Part shown: positions 61,623 through 64,000 of the stretch, one piece after another
How positions within the stretch are numbered: position 1 is the first letter of the stretch
Layout: the number at the start of each line of letters is the position of its first letter
DNA from: Podarcis gaigeae
Taxonomy: Eukaryota
Assembly (NCBI GenBank): GCA_964106915.2
Contig: OZ066915.1
DNA: 64,000 bases
Strand: one strand, 5' to 3'
Notes under the pieces: model-generated
What the model was told of the DNA's origin: nothing
Database searches by the model: none
What the model saw: only the letters and a program-made list of their open reading frames with translations
Program-made: the position numbers and the translations under genes

Positions 61623-63274
61623 TAATCTTCTCTTACTTTCTTCAGGGTTCACTGTAGAAGATCTACCATGGAAGCATACTCTAAGGTGAATAAACCAAAT
61701 TAATACATTTATATTATTCATCAATATAACAGTTTGTTAGACAACCTAACAGAAGTATACAATGAGAATGACAAAAAAGCTCCATCATTAAAATTTCCCA
61801 CAGTCCCAGTTATTACTCCTCTTTCAATATCAGCACCAAGGTATGTTTCCTGCTGTTACTTTCCAGAGGAACTTCTTGCCTGAAAACCACAGCTTCCCCT
61901 GTTTCCCAAAGCAGTGACGGAAAGAGAGTTACATGTAGAAGCAGAAACTCTGAGACAATTAACAAAAGCACACCATCGCCTGACAGAATGTATCCACTTA
62001 ACAACGCAGAAATAAGGATGAATATTTTTATGAAATATTTTATGAATTTTCTCATAATTTATAAATATTCTAATTTACCTAAGCCAAGCTGTTCAGGGTT
62101 TAAGATTAATTCCTTCCCAACTAGGCCTAATCTCCCCTGATTGGCCAGTAACTGCAAAGAAGACACTCAGAAGCCCTCTTAACATAAACACTCAAGATGT
62201 GAACCCGTGCCACCACCTTCTATAATTCTATAATTAAAGGGCCATACACACCCAGGGTTGCATATGCTGAAGCATTTACATACAGGGCCATTTATTTTCC
62301 TGCCCTTTTACACAAGTTGTTATACCTGTCATTCCTTTTTCTAATTTGTCACAAACTAGAAAATAAATAAGTGTGCGTGTACGTGTGCGTGTGTGTGTGT
62401 TCCATACACTTACGTGATCTGTCGATGCCCCTTTCCCTTTCGTGCCAGAGTACTCCTGTGTGAGAAATGATAGTCCTGCTGTTGTGTTTCACCTTCCCAT
62501 CAGTTTTCATAAATACCTCATTTAAAAATGATTAGGCTTGGCAGTAATTAAAATTATGCTTTCTGCTTTGCAAGCATCTTTGTACGGCAGCCAATAAGTG
62601 CTAAAAGCAACGGTAGTAGCAAGGGTGGGGAAAGCCATAGCTATGCCCTGTAATTTGTATCGGAAGCTTATCGAAGGTGGGATATAATGGTGAATTTAAC
62701 TAAAATGACTGGAAAGTGACATCAATTTGCAATACATGCCATCTGCAATGTGTGTGTATATATACGTATATGCATATATGCATGTCTTCTTTTTTCTTAT
62801 TCTTGCCCATTCATTTATTTTTGGATATTCATATGGGATGTGAAATACTTCCACCATATGAGTTTAAATCAATTATATTAAGCTAGGGGAGGGGAGTAGC
62901 TCCCATTTTGGGTATCTTAACCTTTTCTTACAGATTTATATATATACAAATTTAATTTTCTGCTTTCATGTGAGTTTGAGAGGAATAGTAACATTCCTTC
63001 AGCCACCCGTTTCAAGGGATACATTTCTAGTTGTGGAAAATACAAAATCTTCTTCCATATACATGATCACTGAAGGTGGCCTAACATACTCGCTACAAAA
63101 TCAGGTGAAAATCCACTGGTGGCCTGCATTGTTTCCAAATTTAGGAGCCATTTCAGAATTCGTAATTTGTTTTATTTATTACTATAGACATGCTGGGGCA
63201 TCTTCTGAGGGTCACATGCCAGTGACGGGCAGGACCAGAGACCACAGTGAGCAGAGGAATTAATTTAAATCTTA

Positions 63275-63800
63275 CTATTTATTTACTTAATTTACATCCC
63301 ACCCTTCCTCCCCCAGGAGCTCAGCAGACAGATGAAACAAAAGCAAAACAAAAATATTCTACGCAGAGTATGACGTTCCCTCCTTCCCCAAAAATGATTA
63401 CAATTTAAAACATCTAAAATCAGTTACAGTTAAAAACATTCAAGAAGCAGTTAAAACAGTTTAGAAACAGTCTTCCACCAAATGATATTTTACTTCGGTG
63501 CAGTCCATTCCTTACAAGCAAGAGGCATTATCAGAGTTGCAAGACACAGTCCAGCCAGACAAAAAAAAGTTTGGTCCAGTGAGAACAGTTCCAAGGGCCA
63601 GAGAGAGCTGGGAGGTAGAGATGCCTGGTGGGCCACTGCTGGCTCTGGGCCTGTGTTTCCCCACTCTTGCTATTGTGGCCGTTTCCTGTCCTATCTACCC
63701 AGTAGGTAGACAGGCAGGAAATGACTCCCCCTTTGCTGTCAAGTTGTGGAGGAGGGCTAATAACAAAGTCAGCCTAGTATGGCTTGATAAGGCACAGCCT
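63275..63800 (-). mobile_element. Old L2-like 3' fragment
   Basis: TATTT tail, ATCCCACCCTTCCTCCCCCAGGAGCTCA 3'-end motif and AGTTCCAAGG...GGGCCAC body. Confidence 0.5.
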
Positions 63801-64000
63801 CTTCTTTGCTCTGCCAAGAGCGGAAGTAGTAGAATGGGACAGTAGCAATATAAACCTACAAAACCCTATGAAATGCAAATTCTGCTGGATGGCCATGGTT
63901 CACATCCTGTTTTGGAAAGTGCAAGCTACAAAGTTCACTCTTAAATGCCAACAAAATGGAATGTCTCCCCCATTCCCAATTGCAGAAGTGGTTTGGCATT

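Noticed and set aside
48140-64000. Next CACNA2D3 exon (18-nt LPQAQK microexon)
   Set aside because: No AG-flanked match with a donor found by eye. The acceptor-like site at 53981 leads to LSLYKCG* with no donor. The exon is probably beyond the window.
1-64000. LRTM1 nested gene
   Set aside because: No leucine-rich-repeat ORF on either strand; it is expected further downstream in the gene.

Overview
Vertebrate genomic DNA from a squamate reptile: three Sauria/Squam1-type SINEs and the MITE set suggest a lacertid lizard. The window lies inside the large CACNA2D3 gene (voltage-gated calcium channel alpha2/delta-3) on the + strand. It holds two coding exons, 41268-41346 (79 nt) and 48006-48139 (134 nt), which by recalled human structure are exons 12 and 13. 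The rest is intron, rich in mobile DNA: a young 5'-truncated L1 (18612-23344, 17-bp TSD, ORF2 broken only by two compensating A-run frameshifts), a 5'-truncated L2 LINE, three Sauria SINEs with TSDs, a nested hAT/SINE cluster (5521-7052), Tigger/pogo-like and palindromic hAT MITEs, older SINE/L2 relics, a probable Gypsy solo LTR and microsatellites. Most ORF-track entries are spurious. Best leads: an unrecognised antisense coding-like relic between the exons (44282-44767); an inverted MITE pair bracketing the frame-neutral 213-nt exon pair (candidate circRNA with an endless ORF); a host-ATG/L1-ORF1 fusion; a templated-insertion scar at 13238-13386; and candidate enhancer blocks. No novel system is demonstrated; these are hypotheses.
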